Origin: an uncultured archaeon
GTDB lineage: Archaea; Asgardarchaeota; Hermodarchaeia; Hermodarchaeales; Hermodarchaeaceae
Direction: 5' to 3'
Length of the DNA: 64,000 bases
NCBI GenBank assembly: GCA_964347045.1
Contig: CAYFXC010000001.1
Coordinates: 121,243-185,242 of the forward strand
Shown: positions 1 to 10,310 of the stretch, in pieces
Numbering within the stretch: the first letter of the stretch is position 1
Layout of the letters: each line of letters starts with the position of its first letter
The notes under the pieces: model-generated
The model's database searches: none
What the model was told of the DNA's origin: nothing
What the model saw: the letters and a program-made list of their open reading frames with translations, nothing else
Translations under genes and position numbers: made by a program

Positions 1-1027
1 TTGCTAGTGTTAAGGTAGCTAATGATAAAGTGATGAGCTGTTCAGTTAAAGGACCTCTTGCAACGACAAGGCGAGTCAGCGTGATTGGAGCATTCTGATC
101 AGTTGATGCAGCAAGTGTTCCATCATCTTGAAACACTGTTGGACGAGCTCTCATCTGGCGTCTTTCTAATAAACCCCCAATACTAACCAAGCTATAAAAC
201 GCATTCATTATTGCAGGTAAAAGTGCAATAATGGCCATGATTTCAAGGCGTCCCATTATCGCAACGGCACCAATAGATGCACCCACTAAGAGTGACCCCG
301 TATCTCCTGCAAAGACTTTAGCGGGGTTCCGATTGTAATAATAGTACGCAAGAAGGGCTCCAATCATAACACTGCTAAATAAAAGACCTAATCCTGCTTC
401 TGGAATCCCAATGCTCATCATAAATAATGATACAATCAAAAGTGCAACAAACATAATAAGCGTAGTCAGTGGCATCACACCGTTAAAGACATCAGACATG
501 TTCACCGCGTTTGATGTAATTGCTATGGCGAGGGGAATGAGAATCAAAGGATAAACAATTGTCAAGCGAGTTGCACCTAAAAAGGGTAAATATGGAGCAG
601 GAATATAGGTCGGCAGAAAGGGAGGAATTAGACTCAAAGAGATCAGGGTCCAAGTATAGAAGAGGATTGGAAGACAAGCCAACGCTGTTAGGAGGGGCTT
701 AACTTTTGGTCCAAGTGATTTCAAGTCATCAATTGCTCCAATTCCACCAGCAATAAGAAGAACTACAAGAAATATCAATATTCGGAAATCAAAAAATCCT
801 ATCCCAATTAATCCCGAGCCAAGAAACAGTACAAGACATGCCACAGTCACACCTAGGAGGATTCCCACCCCTCCCATTTCAGCGACTTCAGGTTTGTCTA
901 ATTTATGCACGTCAATTCCAACGATACCTCGTCGTTTCATGGATTTAATGATATATGGCATAATCAGGAACGTCACAATGAAAGCTACTAAAAGCCCTGT
1001 AAGTGCCAGATAAAGAATTAGCGTCAC
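1..1027 (-). CDS. Polyprenyl-phosphate HexNAc-1-phosphate transferase, MraY/WecA/AglH family. Partial: the 3' end runs off the window.
   Basis: The minus-strand frame is open from about 1027 (GTG; ATG alternative at about 958) to position 1 and was missed by the ORF track because it has no stop in the window. The translation is multi-TM and contains '...KVFAGDTGSLLVGASIGAV...' (the MraY/WecA VFxGDxGS motif) plus an N-terminal 'KPEVAEMGG' box. Confidence 0.7.
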   Translation of the reverse strand, partial: MTLILYLALTGLLVAFIVTFLIMPYIIKSMKRRGIVGIDVHKLDKPEVAEMGGVGILLGVTVACLVLFLGSGLIGIGFFDFRILIFLVVLLIAGGIGAIDDLKSLGPKVKPLLTALACLPILFYTWTLISLSLIPPFLPTYIPAPYLPFLGATRLTIVYPLILIPLAIAITSNAVNMSDVFNGVMPLTTLIMFVALLIVSLFMMSIGIPEAGLGLLFSSVMIGALLAYYYYNRNPAKVFAGDTGSLLVGASIGAVAIMGRLEIMAIIALLPAIMNAFYSLVSIGGLLERRQMRARPTVFQDDGTLAASTDQNAPITLTRLVVARGPLTEQLITLSLATLTLA

Positions 1028-1143
1028 TGTTCATTAGCCTCTGAGATTATTAAAGATTAATCTGAGTCCAATTCAACAGCTACTTAAAAAGTCATTTGTA
1101 CACTTCTCCAAAGGGGGGTAGAAATTAAATACAGCGTATCAAG

Positions 1144-3363
1144 ATGCAGTGTATCAAGGGAGGAAACTGTTTGCCAGAGCTTAATAGACTCGACCAAATA
1201 CCAGGTGTTGGACCACGCCTCATACAGAAACTAGTAGATGTGTTTGGATCAGAAGATGCAGCCCTAAACATTATAACTAATGCACAGATTGCCACACTTG
1301 CTGGTATTCCAGGAGTGGGAAAGAAAAAAGCTCTAGATATCGTACAAGAAGCTTACGCTCTCCGGGAAGGGATTAGTGCATTTGAGGTATTGAAAACCGA
1401 AGATATTCAAGAGATTTACAGAAGAATTCTAACAATTATTCAATCCTATGCAAATAGCCAATTTGCTAAAGACAAATTATCTCTCTACTATCCATTACCT
1501 TCAACAAAAATCGCCATTATAAATCAGCGTTTAAAATGGTTTCAACAAGCAGAGGAACTTGTGAAAAAGTGTTCCCAAAATCAACTCACTACCTTAGGAG
1601 CACTTCTTTCTAATGCTCGACCATTAAGACGCGGAACCAACCTTTCATTAGCAACTTGGAGGGTGATTCTAACTGATAACGATGCTGCATATCTACAAAT
1701 GAAGCAATACAGTGCTGACAAAACTTCCAGAATTATTCAACTAAAACCGGGTGAACAACTAGATGAGTATCTACAATCATACGATTATGTGATTGCATCA
1801 CTTGAAATGGGTGGCATTAGTAGAGCTGTGGAAAATGCGGCAAACCTTGATTTACTTAAAAGCGAATTTACAATGGCAGATGTTTCACCTGAATCGATAA
1901 TCTCTTTTTACGCCACCAACCATGAAACCATTTTGGCTATTTGTGCAGCTGCGGAAGCCATGGCTAAACTCCCGTCTACACCTGCCCTTCAAAGATTTAT
2001 TGAGAAAATTGATCTTACATCCCTCAATAACCTAGTGGAGATAGTTGGAAAAATTACGAGTTCAGGAGACATCTCTGTTGGCGCAGATGCTGAATATGAT
2101 CGTTTACGATCTGCATCACAGAAATTTGAAACAAAACTAAGTGAAACTGAAATTTGGGCCAATGATAAGATTCGTGATGAAATATCAAGTAGTCAGGTTG
2201 TGCTTGAAGGGGATCAAATAATCAACATTTTAGAAGCCACAACCTCTGAAGCTATTGGTGCAGAACAACTTCGCCAATATCTTCCACCTCAAGTTTTCGA
2301 AATTCTGGTTAATGCCTTACAGGAATCAGAAGATCAATTGGCAAAGACACTGCAACTTAAACGCAATGAACTCGAGTGGGTTGATGGTATCTTTTCACAG
2401 AGTGTTGCATTACCAATTCAGGCGAATCGCCAGCAAGCAAGTAACTTACAGAACAATCTACGAAAAGCGATGCATTCACGTGAACATAAATTAAAAACTG
2501 AAATTGCCATGAAACTAAGTAAATTCGAACACCCAATCAAGGATGCCGTACAAACATTATTAGATTTTGATGTTTTTCAAGCCCTAGGTCAATTTTCTCG
2601 AGACTATAAACTCTCAGTTCCTTTAATTAATCCTAACGGCGTAGGGATTGCGTTTCAAGAGGGTCGTAATATCTTCTTAACGCATCAGGCTATTGAAGAA
2701 AAGCTCGAAGTTGAACCTGTCTCATATGCGATTGGAGAAAACGGTTGGGCACCTGAAGCCACTAGAGGAGAACGGGTTGTCCTCCTTTCAGGAGCAAACA
2801 GTGGTGGAAAAAGTTGCCTACTTCAAAATGTCGTGCAAGTAGCAATTCTCGCTCAAATGGGAATGTTAGTACCAGCAGTAAAAGCGGAGGTTGGTATTTT
2901 CGATGAACTATATTATTATGCGAAAGCAACTGGAATGCTCTCTGCTGGGGCATTTGAATCTTCGTTGAACAATCTTGCAAATATCGTCCTTAGTGATGCA
3001 TCAAAACTTGCTTGCTTCGATGAATGGGAAGCAAGTACCGAACCCGGAGCCGCTGCAAAAGTAGTCGCTGCTGTTCTCGAACTCTTCTCAGAAAATCCTA
3101 ATTCCTGTGTAATTTTTGTCTCACATTTAGCCGGAGACATTACAAAATTAGCTCGCGTTCCGATACGCGTTGATGGTATCGAAGCTACAGGATTAGATCC
3201 AAAACTCAATTTAATAGTGAACCGCTCACCTCAATTCGGTAAAATCGCGAAATCAACACCTGAGCTCATTGTCGAAAGACTCTATCGATCTGCCAAAGAT
3301 CAAAAACAAAGAATCTTTCATCGCATCCTTGAACTCGTCAGAGGATCCGGTACTAGCAATTAA
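1144..3363 (+). CDS. MutS-family ATPase (archaeal MutS2-like) with N-terminal helix-hairpin-helix repeats
   Basis: N-terminal 'IPGVGPRLIQKL ... GIPGVGKKKALDI' HhH motifs. C-terminal MutS domain V: Walker A 'LLSGANSGGKSCLLQNV', then 'LAQMGMLVPA' and 'FDE...T'. No Smr domain visible. Confidence 0.7.
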   Translation: MQCIKGGNCLPELNRLDQIPGVGPRLIQKLVDVFGSEDAALNIITNAQIATLAGIPGVGKKKALDIVQEAYALREGISAFEVLKTEDIQEIYRRILTIIQSYANSQFAKDKLSLYYPLPSTKIAIINQRLKWFQQAEELVKKCSQNQLTTLGALLSNARPLRRGTNLSLATWRVILTDNDAAYLQMKQYSADKTSRIIQLKPGEQLDEYLQSYDYVIASLEMGGISRAVENAANLDLLKSEFTMADVSPESIISFYATNHETILAICAAAEAMAKLPSTPALQRFIEKIDLTSLNNLVEIVGKITSSGDISVGADAEYDRLRSASQKFETKLSETEIWANDKIRDEISSSQVVLEGDQIINILEATTSEAIGAEQLRQYLPPQVFEILVNALQESEDQLAKTLQLKRNELEWVDGIFSQSVALPIQANRQQASNLQNNLRKAMHSREHKLKTEIAMKLSKFEHPIKDAVQTLLDFDVFQALGQFSRDYKLSVPLINPNGVGIAFQEGRNIFLTHQAIEEKLEVEPVSYAIGENGWAPEATRGERVVLLSGANSGGKSCLLQNVVQVAILAQMGMLVPAVKAEVGIFDELYYYAKATGMLSAGAFESSLNNLANIVLSDASKLACFDEWEASTEPGAAAKVVAAVLELFSENPNSCVIFVSHLAGDITKLARVPIRVDGIEATGLDPKLNLIVNRSPQFGKIAKSTPELIVERLYRSAKDQKQRIFHRILELVRGSGTSN

Positions 3364-3865
3364 GAGACTTTAATCGATTTACTCCATCGATTTCATCAAT
3401 AAATTCAGCAATTATTTCAGGTACTAACGATTTCCAATCCTTATCTAAGAGCATCCTCCGGCGAATCTCACTACCAGAATGAGTTTTCTTTTTGAATGGT
3501 GAGATTTTTTCAACAGGGATATTCTTATTTGAAAAGAGGGCTGCACCGGTTTTTGAACCAGTGTAAACAATTCCAAAGGATGGCACATACCGTTTAACAT
3601 GATCTACCCAAAGAATGAAATTGTGCACATCTGGGACTGGAATTATCAAATATCTATTGCAAGGAACATCCAGTTCTTCAAGAACGAGTTGAATCATGGT
3701 AATGCGTTCTGCAGTAGTAAATGGGTTTTTGGGTGTAAATCCAGCTTGGGCACTTCCTATGGCAATAAACACATGCTCTTCCTGCGAAAGAATTTCTTTC
3801 AAAGCGTGTAAATGACCATTGTGGAATGGTTGAAATCTTCCAATGAAAAGGCCAGGCTGTCTCAT
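3353..3865 (-). CDS. nadM: Nicotinamide-nucleotide adenylyltransferase (archaeal NMNAT)
   Basis: 'GLFIGRFQPFHNGHLHAL' cytidylyltransferase H-x-G-H motif; about 170 aa, typical of archaeal NadM. Confidence 0.88.
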   Translation of the reverse strand: MRQPGLFIGRFQPFHNGHLHALKEILSQEEHVFIAIGSAQAGFTPKNPFTTAERITMIQLVLEELDVPCNRYLIIPVPDVHNFILWVDHVKRYVPSFGIVYTGSKTGAALFSNKNIPVEKISPFKKKTHSGSEIRRRMLLDKDWKSLVPEIIAEFIDEIDGVNRLKSLNC

Positions 3866-3880
3866 ATGTATTCACCAAGT

Positions 3881-4462
3881 TTAGCTGATAATTGCCTTTT
3901 GATTAATCGTCCCATCACTGTTAAATGGCACACCTTCAGCTCTTAGAATTCTTGCTTTCTCTTTAGTTCCAGTTGTAGTTCCACCCAATTTTCCCAATCT
4001 ACCATCGGAATGAATGACGCGATGGCATGGGATGGCCCATGGAACTGGATTAGTTCGCATGACTGACCCTACACCGCGAGGAGATGAGTTGCTTTGTTTT
4101 GATAAACCTCCATACGAAATTACTTTGCCTCGTGGAACCTGTAGTAAATATTTCGACACTGTTAGTCGAGCAGAAGACCAGTTTTTCAGTGAAATCTCGT
4201 CAAGAGAAAACGGTTGTCCATCACCTTGTAGAAGTTCTACGAGTCGAAATCCAATTTTTTGTGTTTTTGATGATAGGTTTGTTTCGTCAACCTCTTTAAA
4301 ACGTTGTAAACGAATGAGAGTGTCCTTTAGTCTCCTCTTTGCCTGTTTTATAGATTGCTCGGACGAAGTACAGGCAACAAGTGTTCCAGTTGTTGTTTCT
4401 AGCGCATATGCTATCCATCGGTTGGGTGTTACTTGTACTGTATCAATACTAATTGTGGTCAT
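3881..4462 (-). CDS. ogt: Methylated-DNA--protein-cysteine methyltransferase
   Basis: Active-site 'IPCHRVI' motif and C-terminal DNA-binding helix-turn-helix region 'GGTTTGTKEKARILRAEG'. Confidence 0.85.
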   Translation of the reverse strand: MTTISIDTVQVTPNRWIAYALETTTGTLVACTSSEQSIKQAKRRLKDTLIRLQRFKEVDETNLSSKTQKIGFRLVELLQGDGQPFSLDEISLKNWSSARLTVSKYLLQVPRGKVISYGGLSKQSNSSPRGVGSVMRTNPVPWAIPCHRVIHSDGRLGKLGGTTTGTKEKARILRAEGVPFNSDGTINQKAIIS

Positions 4463-4514
4463 TATGTAAGGACTTTAATTCAACCCTCTATAAAGAAATT
4501 CCAGTGACGAAAAA

Positions 4515-5582
4515 ATGGTTGTTGAAATTAATGGCTCTGTTTTGGAAGGGGGCGGCCAAATCCTTCGCTCAGCAATAGCGTTTGCTGCCGTTTTGGGTGA
4601 ACATGTAGTTGTCAACGAAATTCGTGCAAAGCGAAAAATACCAGGTCTTCGCCCACAGCATCTGCATGGAATATTGGCCATTAAAAATCTAACAAACGCC
4701 CAAGTAAAAGGAGCGCACGAAGGTTCAACTCGTATCGAATTTCTTCCTCTAAATCGTATAGGAGGTGATATTCATGTAAATATTGGCACTGCTGGTGCCA
4801 TTACTCTAGTTCTTCAAGCGGTCATGATTGTTGCTCCATTTTGTGAACGACCAGTCAAAGCAACATTAATTGGTGGAACAAATGTTGCTTGGAGCCCACC
4901 CATTGATTACCTCCAAGCGATTTTCCTTCCAAGACTCAAACAAATGGGATATGTTGGCTCATTAGAAACTACAAAACGAGGTTATTATCCCCGAGGAGGC
5001 GGTGAAGTGAACGCAGTCATATCTCCCGTCATAAGGTTAGTCCCTCTTACTTTAGGCGAAGTCAAGGAAACACCAATAATAACGGGGATATCTCATTGTG
5101 GATCACTTCCTCGACATGTCGCAGAACGACAAGCTAAAGCTGCAACCAATATTCTCGTTGAAAAGAAATATCCGGTCAAAAAAATCACAATTGAACATAG
5201 TGAAAACACCTTTTCTCCTGGGAGTGGAATTTCTCTCGCTGCTCAAAATAATGGAAATCGCATTCTCGGTGCAGATGCTTTAGGACGTCGCGGATTAAAG
5301 GCAGAAAAGGTAGGTGAAAACGCGGCCTTATCGCTTCTACAAGAATTAGCTACTTGTGCAGCTGTCGATCAATACCAAGCTGATATGCTCATTCCCTACC
5401 TCGCGCTCGCCAACGGAACCTCCTCAATCTATATAACAAATCTTACAATGCATACCATTACGAATATCCATGTAGTGGAGCAGTTTTTAAACATCAAATT
5501 TGACGTTGACGGAGAGTTAAATTCCCCTGCACGCATTTCAGTTAATGGGACTGGTTTTGAAAGATCTGTAGCTTCTCAGTAA
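4515..5582 (+). CDS. rtcA: RNA 3'-terminal phosphate cyclase
   Basis: 'INGSVLEGGGQILRSAIAFAAVLG' and 'RPQHLHG' RtcA signatures; 355 aa. Confidence 0.9.
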   Translation: MVVEINGSVLEGGGQILRSAIAFAAVLGEHVVVNEIRAKRKIPGLRPQHLHGILAIKNLTNAQVKGAHEGSTRIEFLPLNRIGGDIHVNIGTAGAITLVLQAVMIVAPFCERPVKATLIGGTNVAWSPPIDYLQAIFLPRLKQMGYVGSLETTKRGYYPRGGGEVNAVISPVIRLVPLTLGEVKETPIITGISHCGSLPRHVAERQAKAATNILVEKKYPVKKITIEHSENTFSPGSGISLAAQNNGNRILGADALGRRGLKAEKVGENAALSLLQELATCAAVDQYQADMLIPYLALANGTSSIYITNLTMHTITNIHVVEQFLNIKFDVDGELNSPARISVNGTGFERSVASQ

Positions 5583-6579
5583 TCTTCTTTGATGTCAAAA
5601 CGATGTCGTGAAAAACATAATCTACGCCTTCATGGGTTATTGCGCTGATAGCTGGAATTTCATCATTGTCAATCAAATTGCGAGCACGTTGCACCTCTTT
5701 CGGAGAAGCAATATCCAGCTTGTTAATAACTGGAAAGATTTCTACTTCTGAAAACGTTTTCCGTATTTCATTGAATAATGCCACTTGACTAGCAAGCTCA
5801 TAACCACAGGTCAAGGTTGGATCTATTAAGAAGATGATTATGTCCGCCAGGTATTGGATTGCGGCTATTGCCCGTTGCTCAATGGGATTTCTATCTTTCA
5901 TAGGACGGTCCAATAATCCTGGCACATCGAGGATTTGGCTTTCAGCTGAATTTATTTGAATGTGACCAACACTGATTTTTTTCGTTGTGAAGGGATATTC
6001 TGCAATCTCAGGGGTAGCCGAAGATAGAATTGCGACAAGCGAGCTTTTTCCCACATTAGGAAATCCTGCAATCACTATCACAGGAAGCTGTAAGTTAATA
6101 GATGGAAAACGTCGGTACTCTAAAGCGGCTTTTCGGATTAACATTAGGCGGGTATCTATTCTTCGCATTACAGACGATATACGTCCATAGGCGGCGATTC
6201 TTATATTTCGGGCTTCTGATGGAGTTGAAACTTTTCGTAGATTGCGGTTTGCATCTCCGATAATTCTTCGGATAATTCGGACCGCCGAAGTAACAGAGGC
6301 AAGTGCTTGGCGAATATCGTCAATGGTTACAACGGTGTCAGCTAGTGTACGATAGAAAGGAGGAATATTGTCGAAATTTGGGAACCGCTTGACGACTTCT
6401 TCGAGCCTAGTTGCGAGAATGTCATTTACCTTGTTTAGTTTAGCAATTTCTTTCTCTCGAGCTCGAATATGAGGACGTTTTTTTGATTTGGGAAGCGTTA
6501 CCTTTGAAGCTCTAGCGAAGGCAACATCAAGTAACTCTTTGGTATTTGGAATATATTTTAAGCCAGTAAATGGATTCAC
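5542..6579 (-). CDS. Nucleolar GTP-binding protein 1 (Nog1) family GTPase
   Basis: N-terminal Nog1 region, then G1 'GFPNVGKSS', 'DVPG' and 'NKLD'. Its 3' end overlaps the rtcA 3' end by about 41 nt (convergent). Confidence 0.8.
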   Translation of the reverse strand: MNPFTGLKYIPNTKELLDVAFARASKVTLPKSKKRPHIRAREKEIAKLNKVNDILATRLEEVVKRFPNFDNIPPFYRTLADTVVTIDDIRQALASVTSAVRIIRRIIGDANRNLRKVSTPSEARNIRIAAYGRISSVMRRIDTRLMLIRKAALEYRRFPSINLQLPVIVIAGFPNVGKSSLVAILSSATPEIAEYPFTTKKISVGHIQINSAESQILDVPGLLDRPMKDRNPIEQRAIAAIQYLADIIIFLIDPTLTCGYELASQVALFNEIRKTFSEVEIFPVINKLDIASPKEVQRARNLIDNDEIPAISAITHEGVDYVFHDIVLTSKKITEKLQIFQNQSH

Positions 6580-6660
6580 TTGTACTCACAACACTATTGG
6601 GAAGCAAGTCACAAAGATTTTTTAACTGCTTTCCTACGTTAGCAGGCAAGGGAATTAAAA

Positions 6661-7278
6661 ATGAGTGGCCAAAATGATTTAACGCCTTTCTTCGGTGCCG
6701 CCACCGTTGGAATCACATTCAGTAATGGTGTAGTTATAGGAGCAGAAAAACGGGTTCTATGGGGCTACACTGTGGTAAGCAAAACTGGAAAGAAAGTATT
6801 TCCAATCACGGATAACATCATTGTTGGTAGTGCTGGGGTAAGCGGAGACTATCAAATGCTTTCATCTTTCTTAACAGCTGAATCCAGTCTTTTCGAGTTG
6901 GAGAATAGAAGACCTATTACGGTAAATGCTGCAGCCCAACTCCTTTCCAATATTCTTTTTAGTCGCAAATACATGCCTTTCCTCACCCAGACACTAATAG
7001 GAGGAGTTGACGAGAAAGGTTCGCACCTGTTTAGTCTTGATCTTGCAGGTTCACTTATGGAAGAGAAATTCGCTGCGGTTGGTACTGCAACTTCTCTTGT
7101 GTTAGGGGTTCTTGAGGCCAATTATCATGAAAATTTATCAAAATCCGAAGCAATGGAACTTGCAGTTAAGGCAATCCGCTCTGCTACACGGCGAGATGCA
7201 ATGTCGGGTGACGGAATTGACCTTCTCGTTGTTACTTCGGATGGTTTGGAATCAAAACACATTCCACTCGCTGAATGA
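6661..7278 (+). CDS. psmB: Proteasome subunit beta (with propeptide)
   Basis: 'TTVGITFSNGVVIGAEKR' with a catalytic Thr after a short propeptide; Ntn-hydrolase fold length. Confidence 0.9.
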   Translation: MSGQNDLTPFFGAATVGITFSNGVVIGAEKRVLWGYTVVSKTGKKVFPITDNIIVGSAGVSGDYQMLSSFLTAESSLFELENRRPITVNAAAQLLSNILFSRKYMPFLTQTLIGGVDEKGSHLFSLDLAGSLMEEKFAAVGTATSLVLGVLEANYHENLSKSEAMELAVKAIRSATRRDAMSGDGIDLLVVTSDGLESKHIPLAE

Positions 7279-7289
7279 GGATATTTCCA

Positions 7290-8246
7290 TTATACTTTCT
7301 CTAGGAGTATCACGCGGCTTACAGAATCCTCTTTTGAAATAATATAGTCAGATTCATCAGCTAGTTCTTCAGCGAAATCTCGGATTTCTTTCATATTTGG
7401 CATATTCTCACGAGAAAGCCGTTGCATGCTGCCACCAACGTGCATAAAGGCTTTGCATTCAATGAAATCGGAACCTGCTCCATCAAGGATTTTTGCATAT
7501 TTGGATACACTGTGCATGTTGTGACCCATTACAAGAGTCATTCGTATTACACTAGGACAGGAGAAAGTAGACAGAAGGCCTAATGAATCCTGTAGCCTTT
7601 CCCAGGCTATAGGTACTAAAGGGCGACATAATTCTTGATGTGTTTTTTTATCTGGAGCAACAAATGAGATGTATAACTGTGTGGGTTCCTCAATTTGTTC
7701 AAGAACTTGTGGATTGGTACCGTTACTTACAAGATAGCTTGTCCAATTACGATGTTTACATTCTTCAATTAAATCTGAAAGTCGTTCATAACGTGTAGGT
7801 TCTCCCACCAGACTAATTGCCACGTGTTGTGGGTTTCGTGCCTCTTCATACATTTTCGGAAGAACTTTGGGATGGCAAATGGGATTATATCCATCGAGAA
7901 TCTTTCGCTGTTCAATAATGGCATTGTCTAAAATTTCTGAAGGTTCATCAGATACTTCTCTCTGCAAATGATTAGGAAAGCCTTCGTCCCCAGGCATAGT
8001 TCGCCAACAAAATTGACATGATTGGCTACATTGTAGCGTAGGAGAAAGTTGCATGCACCTATGAGTAACTATCGTTTCATAGAAAGTTTGTTTGTAACAT
8101 GGACGCTGCTGGGTCAAAGCCTTGTGAAGGTGATAACATTTCTTCAAAACACTATTTCTACCAATGAAACGATAACGTTGTCGACGGTAAATTTTAACTA
8201 AATCAGTAGAAACCACAAGACCAACCGTGGATTCAGCCAGAGCCAA
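7290..8246 (-). CDS. taw1: tRNA 4-demethylwyosine synthase (Taw1/TYW1), radical SAM
   Basis: 'CSQSCQFC' CxxxCxxC cluster plus downstream TYW1-like region. Confidence 0.78.
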   Translation of the reverse strand: MALAESTVGLVVSTDLVKIYRRQRYRFIGRNSVLKKCYHLHKALTQQRPCYKQTFYETIVTHRCMQLSPTLQCSQSCQFCWRTMPGDEGFPNHLQREVSDEPSEILDNAIIEQRKILDGYNPICHPKVLPKMYEEARNPQHVAISLVGEPTRYERLSDLIEECKHRNWTSYLVSNGTNPQVLEQIEEPTQLYISFVAPDKKTHQELCRPLVPIAWERLQDSLGLLSTFSCPSVIRMTLVMGHNMHSVSKYAKILDGAGSDFIECKAFMHVGGSMQRLSRENMPNMKEIRDFAEELADESDYIISKEDSVSRVILLEKV

Positions 8247-8297
8247 TCATTTAAGTATTCTGTTTTCACAGCACCCACACACGACCAAATTGTTCGC

Positions 8298-8942
8298 ATG
8301 GGGTCTTCCACCATGAGCCTTAAAAAAATTGGCGATGCAATCTATGCAAATCTAGCAGTTCAAAACAAATCTCGTGATCTTCTTATTGATGAGATGCATA
8401 AAGTGCTAAAAGTAACAAGGGAAGCAATTTCTGCTATACACCAGGATGAAATGAATAAGGCCGGAAAATCAATTGAAAAAGCCCAATCACTTTTGAAGGC
8501 AGCGCAAACTCATGTTGAAAAACTCAGTCAACTCCCTGTTATTGGATTAGTACACGATGCTGAAGGCGAAGTCGCTGAGGCTTCTTTATTTTACTCATTT
8601 CGCCGTAAAGAGAAGTTACCAGATCCCGAAAAAATTGGTGTAGGCGTCATCGGCTATCTCCAAGGGCTTGGAGATTTTGTCGGAGAGCTCCGAAGATATT
8701 CAATCGATTCCTTAATAAACGATAATCCTGATGAAGCAAAAAGAGCATTTAATCAAATGGAACAGGTTTATGCTACTTTAATGACATTCGATTTTCCTCA
8801 CGGCTTAACACCAGGGATTAGACGAAAAACAGATTTAGCTCGTGGGTTAATTGAACGAACTCGTGCTGATCTCAGTACAGCTGTTGAAAACCGTCGGTTA
8901 CTTGCAGGAATATTCTCTTTACAAAAATCGCTTGGAAAATAA
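8298..8942 (+). CDS. Translin-family protein
   Basis: C-terminal 'GYLQGLGDFVGELRRYSI' translin box; all-helical; about 214 aa. Confidence 0.6.
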   Translation: MGSSTMSLKKIGDAIYANLAVQNKSRDLLIDEMHKVLKVTREAISAIHQDEMNKAGKSIEKAQSLLKAAQTHVEKLSQLPVIGLVHDAEGEVAEASLFYSFRRKEKLPDPEKIGVGVIGYLQGLGDFVGELRRYSIDSLINDNPDEAKRAFNQMEQVYATLMTFDFPHGLTPGIRRKTDLARGLIERTRADLSTAVENRRLLAGIFSLQKSLGK

Positions 8943-9615
8943 AGGAGGGCTATCATCCCTGCCAAACAAGTTCTCTACTATAAGAGCCCGGCAAGTTCAA
9001 CAAAGTCTAGTTAAATGCCTTATTGAAGAAGATGCATTCCCTAATCCACCTCTTACGGTATGCGGTTTAGACGTCTCTTATTTTGATCAGACAGCCATTG
9101 GAGTCGCTGTCATACTTAGCTTTCCAGATCTAAATCTAATAGAACAAAAAATTGTGTATACCAAATCAACAGTTCCATATGTTCCCACATTCCTATCTTT
9201 CCGGGAATATCCCCCACTTTCGTTGGCTTATAATGCACTTTCAACTAAACCTGATCTTTGTTTTGTTGATGCACATGGTCGAGCACACCCCCGAAAACTT
9301 GGTGCGGCTAGTCATTTTGGCATTTTAAGAAATGTGCCCACAATAGGAGTGGCGAAAAGCTTACTGTGTGGAACCATCCAACTCAATACTAAACCGTTTG
9401 AAACAATAATTCTCGATGGTGAAGTACTTGGTGCAAGGCTATTTACAAGATACGGGTGCAACCCAATTTATGTCAGTGTTGGGCATCGAATATCATTAGC
9501 AACTGCTGTTGAAATGACCCAACAATGCGTTAGTAAGTATCGCCTTCCTGAACCCACGCGTCTTGCACACCGCATGGCAACTGAGGCACGACTTAAATTA
9601 AAAAATATGCGATGA
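8851..9615 (+). CDS. nfi: Endonuclease V
   Basis: 'GLDVSY', 'VPYVPTFLSFREYPPL', 'DAHGRAHPRKLGAASHFG' and 'PTIGVAKS' are all Nfi signatures. The start is uncertain: the only in-frame ATG/TTG starts overlap the translin ORF (8851 or about 8929), and no start exists after the translin stop. Confidence 0.8.
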   Translation: MNELVLISVQLLKTVGYLQEYSLYKNRLENKGGLSSLPNKFSTIRARQVQQSLVKCLIEEDAFPNPPLTVCGLDVSYFDQTAIGVAVILSFPDLNLIEQKIVYTKSTVPYVPTFLSFREYPPLSLAYNALSTKPDLCFVDAHGRAHPRKLGAASHFGILRNVPTIGVAKSLLCGTIQLNTKPFETIILDGEVLGARLFTRYGCNPIYVSVGHRISLATAVEMTQQCVSKYRLPEPTRLAHRMATEARLKLKNMR

Positions 9616-10310
9616 TACACTTGAAAGAACAGCTTTGGTTTACTCTTTTGGCATTGGCTCAACTTGGCGCTGTTTCTACCGATATTCGAACATCAACTTC
9701 ACGGCTAGCTCAGCTTCTACAGATTAGTCAACAAACAGCTTCACGAAGACTTTATGTCCTGGAAAGAAGGGGTTTCATTCGCCGGGTTCTTGATAATCGC
9801 GGACAACTAATTCGCCTAGAACCCAAGGGGATATCGAAATTAGCCAAAGTTCAGTCCATCCTAGAAATAGCTATAGCCAAAAAACGATATCGAAGTTTTA
9901 GAGGACGAGTCTTCACAGGGCTAGGTGAAGGCGCATACTATATCCGTTTAGAAGGCTACCGAAAACAATTCAGAAAAATGTTAGGTTACAATCCGTACCC
10001 CGGAACACTAAATATTCAACTATTAGCCGAAACAGACGTGGACGAATTTCAGCTGCTTAAAGCAACTGTTGGTATCAAAATCTTTGGATTCGTAACTGGG
10101 GATAGAAGTTTTGGACCAGTTATATGTTATCCTGCAACAGTAAATGGTGAACAAAAAGCTACTGTCTTGTTGATTGAACGCACTCACCATCATCCAAATG
10201 TCGTTGAAATCATTGCTCCTATTTGTCTTCGTGAAAAACTCGAAGTTTCGGATGATGATGTTGTCACTGTGAAATTCGATCTTTCTGTTTTGCAAAGGCC
10301 TTCTCAATAA
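9612..10310 (+). CDS. ribK: HTH-fused CTP-dependent riboflavin kinase (RbkR-like)
   Basis: N-terminal winged-helix domain; C-terminal archaeal RibK core 'LGYNPYPGTLNIQL ... ERTHHHPNVVEIIAP'. Confidence 0.75.
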   Translation: MIHLKEQLWFTLLALAQLGAVSTDIRTSTSRLAQLLQISQQTASRRLYVLERRGFIRRVLDNRGQLIRLEPKGISKLAKVQSILEIAIAKKRYRSFRGRVFTGLGEGAYYIRLEGYRKQFRKMLGYNPYPGTLNIQLLAETDVDEFQLLKATVGIKIFGFVTGDRSFGPVICYPATVNGEQKATVLLIERTHHHPNVVEIIAPICLREKLEVSDDDVVTVKFDLSVLQRPSQ

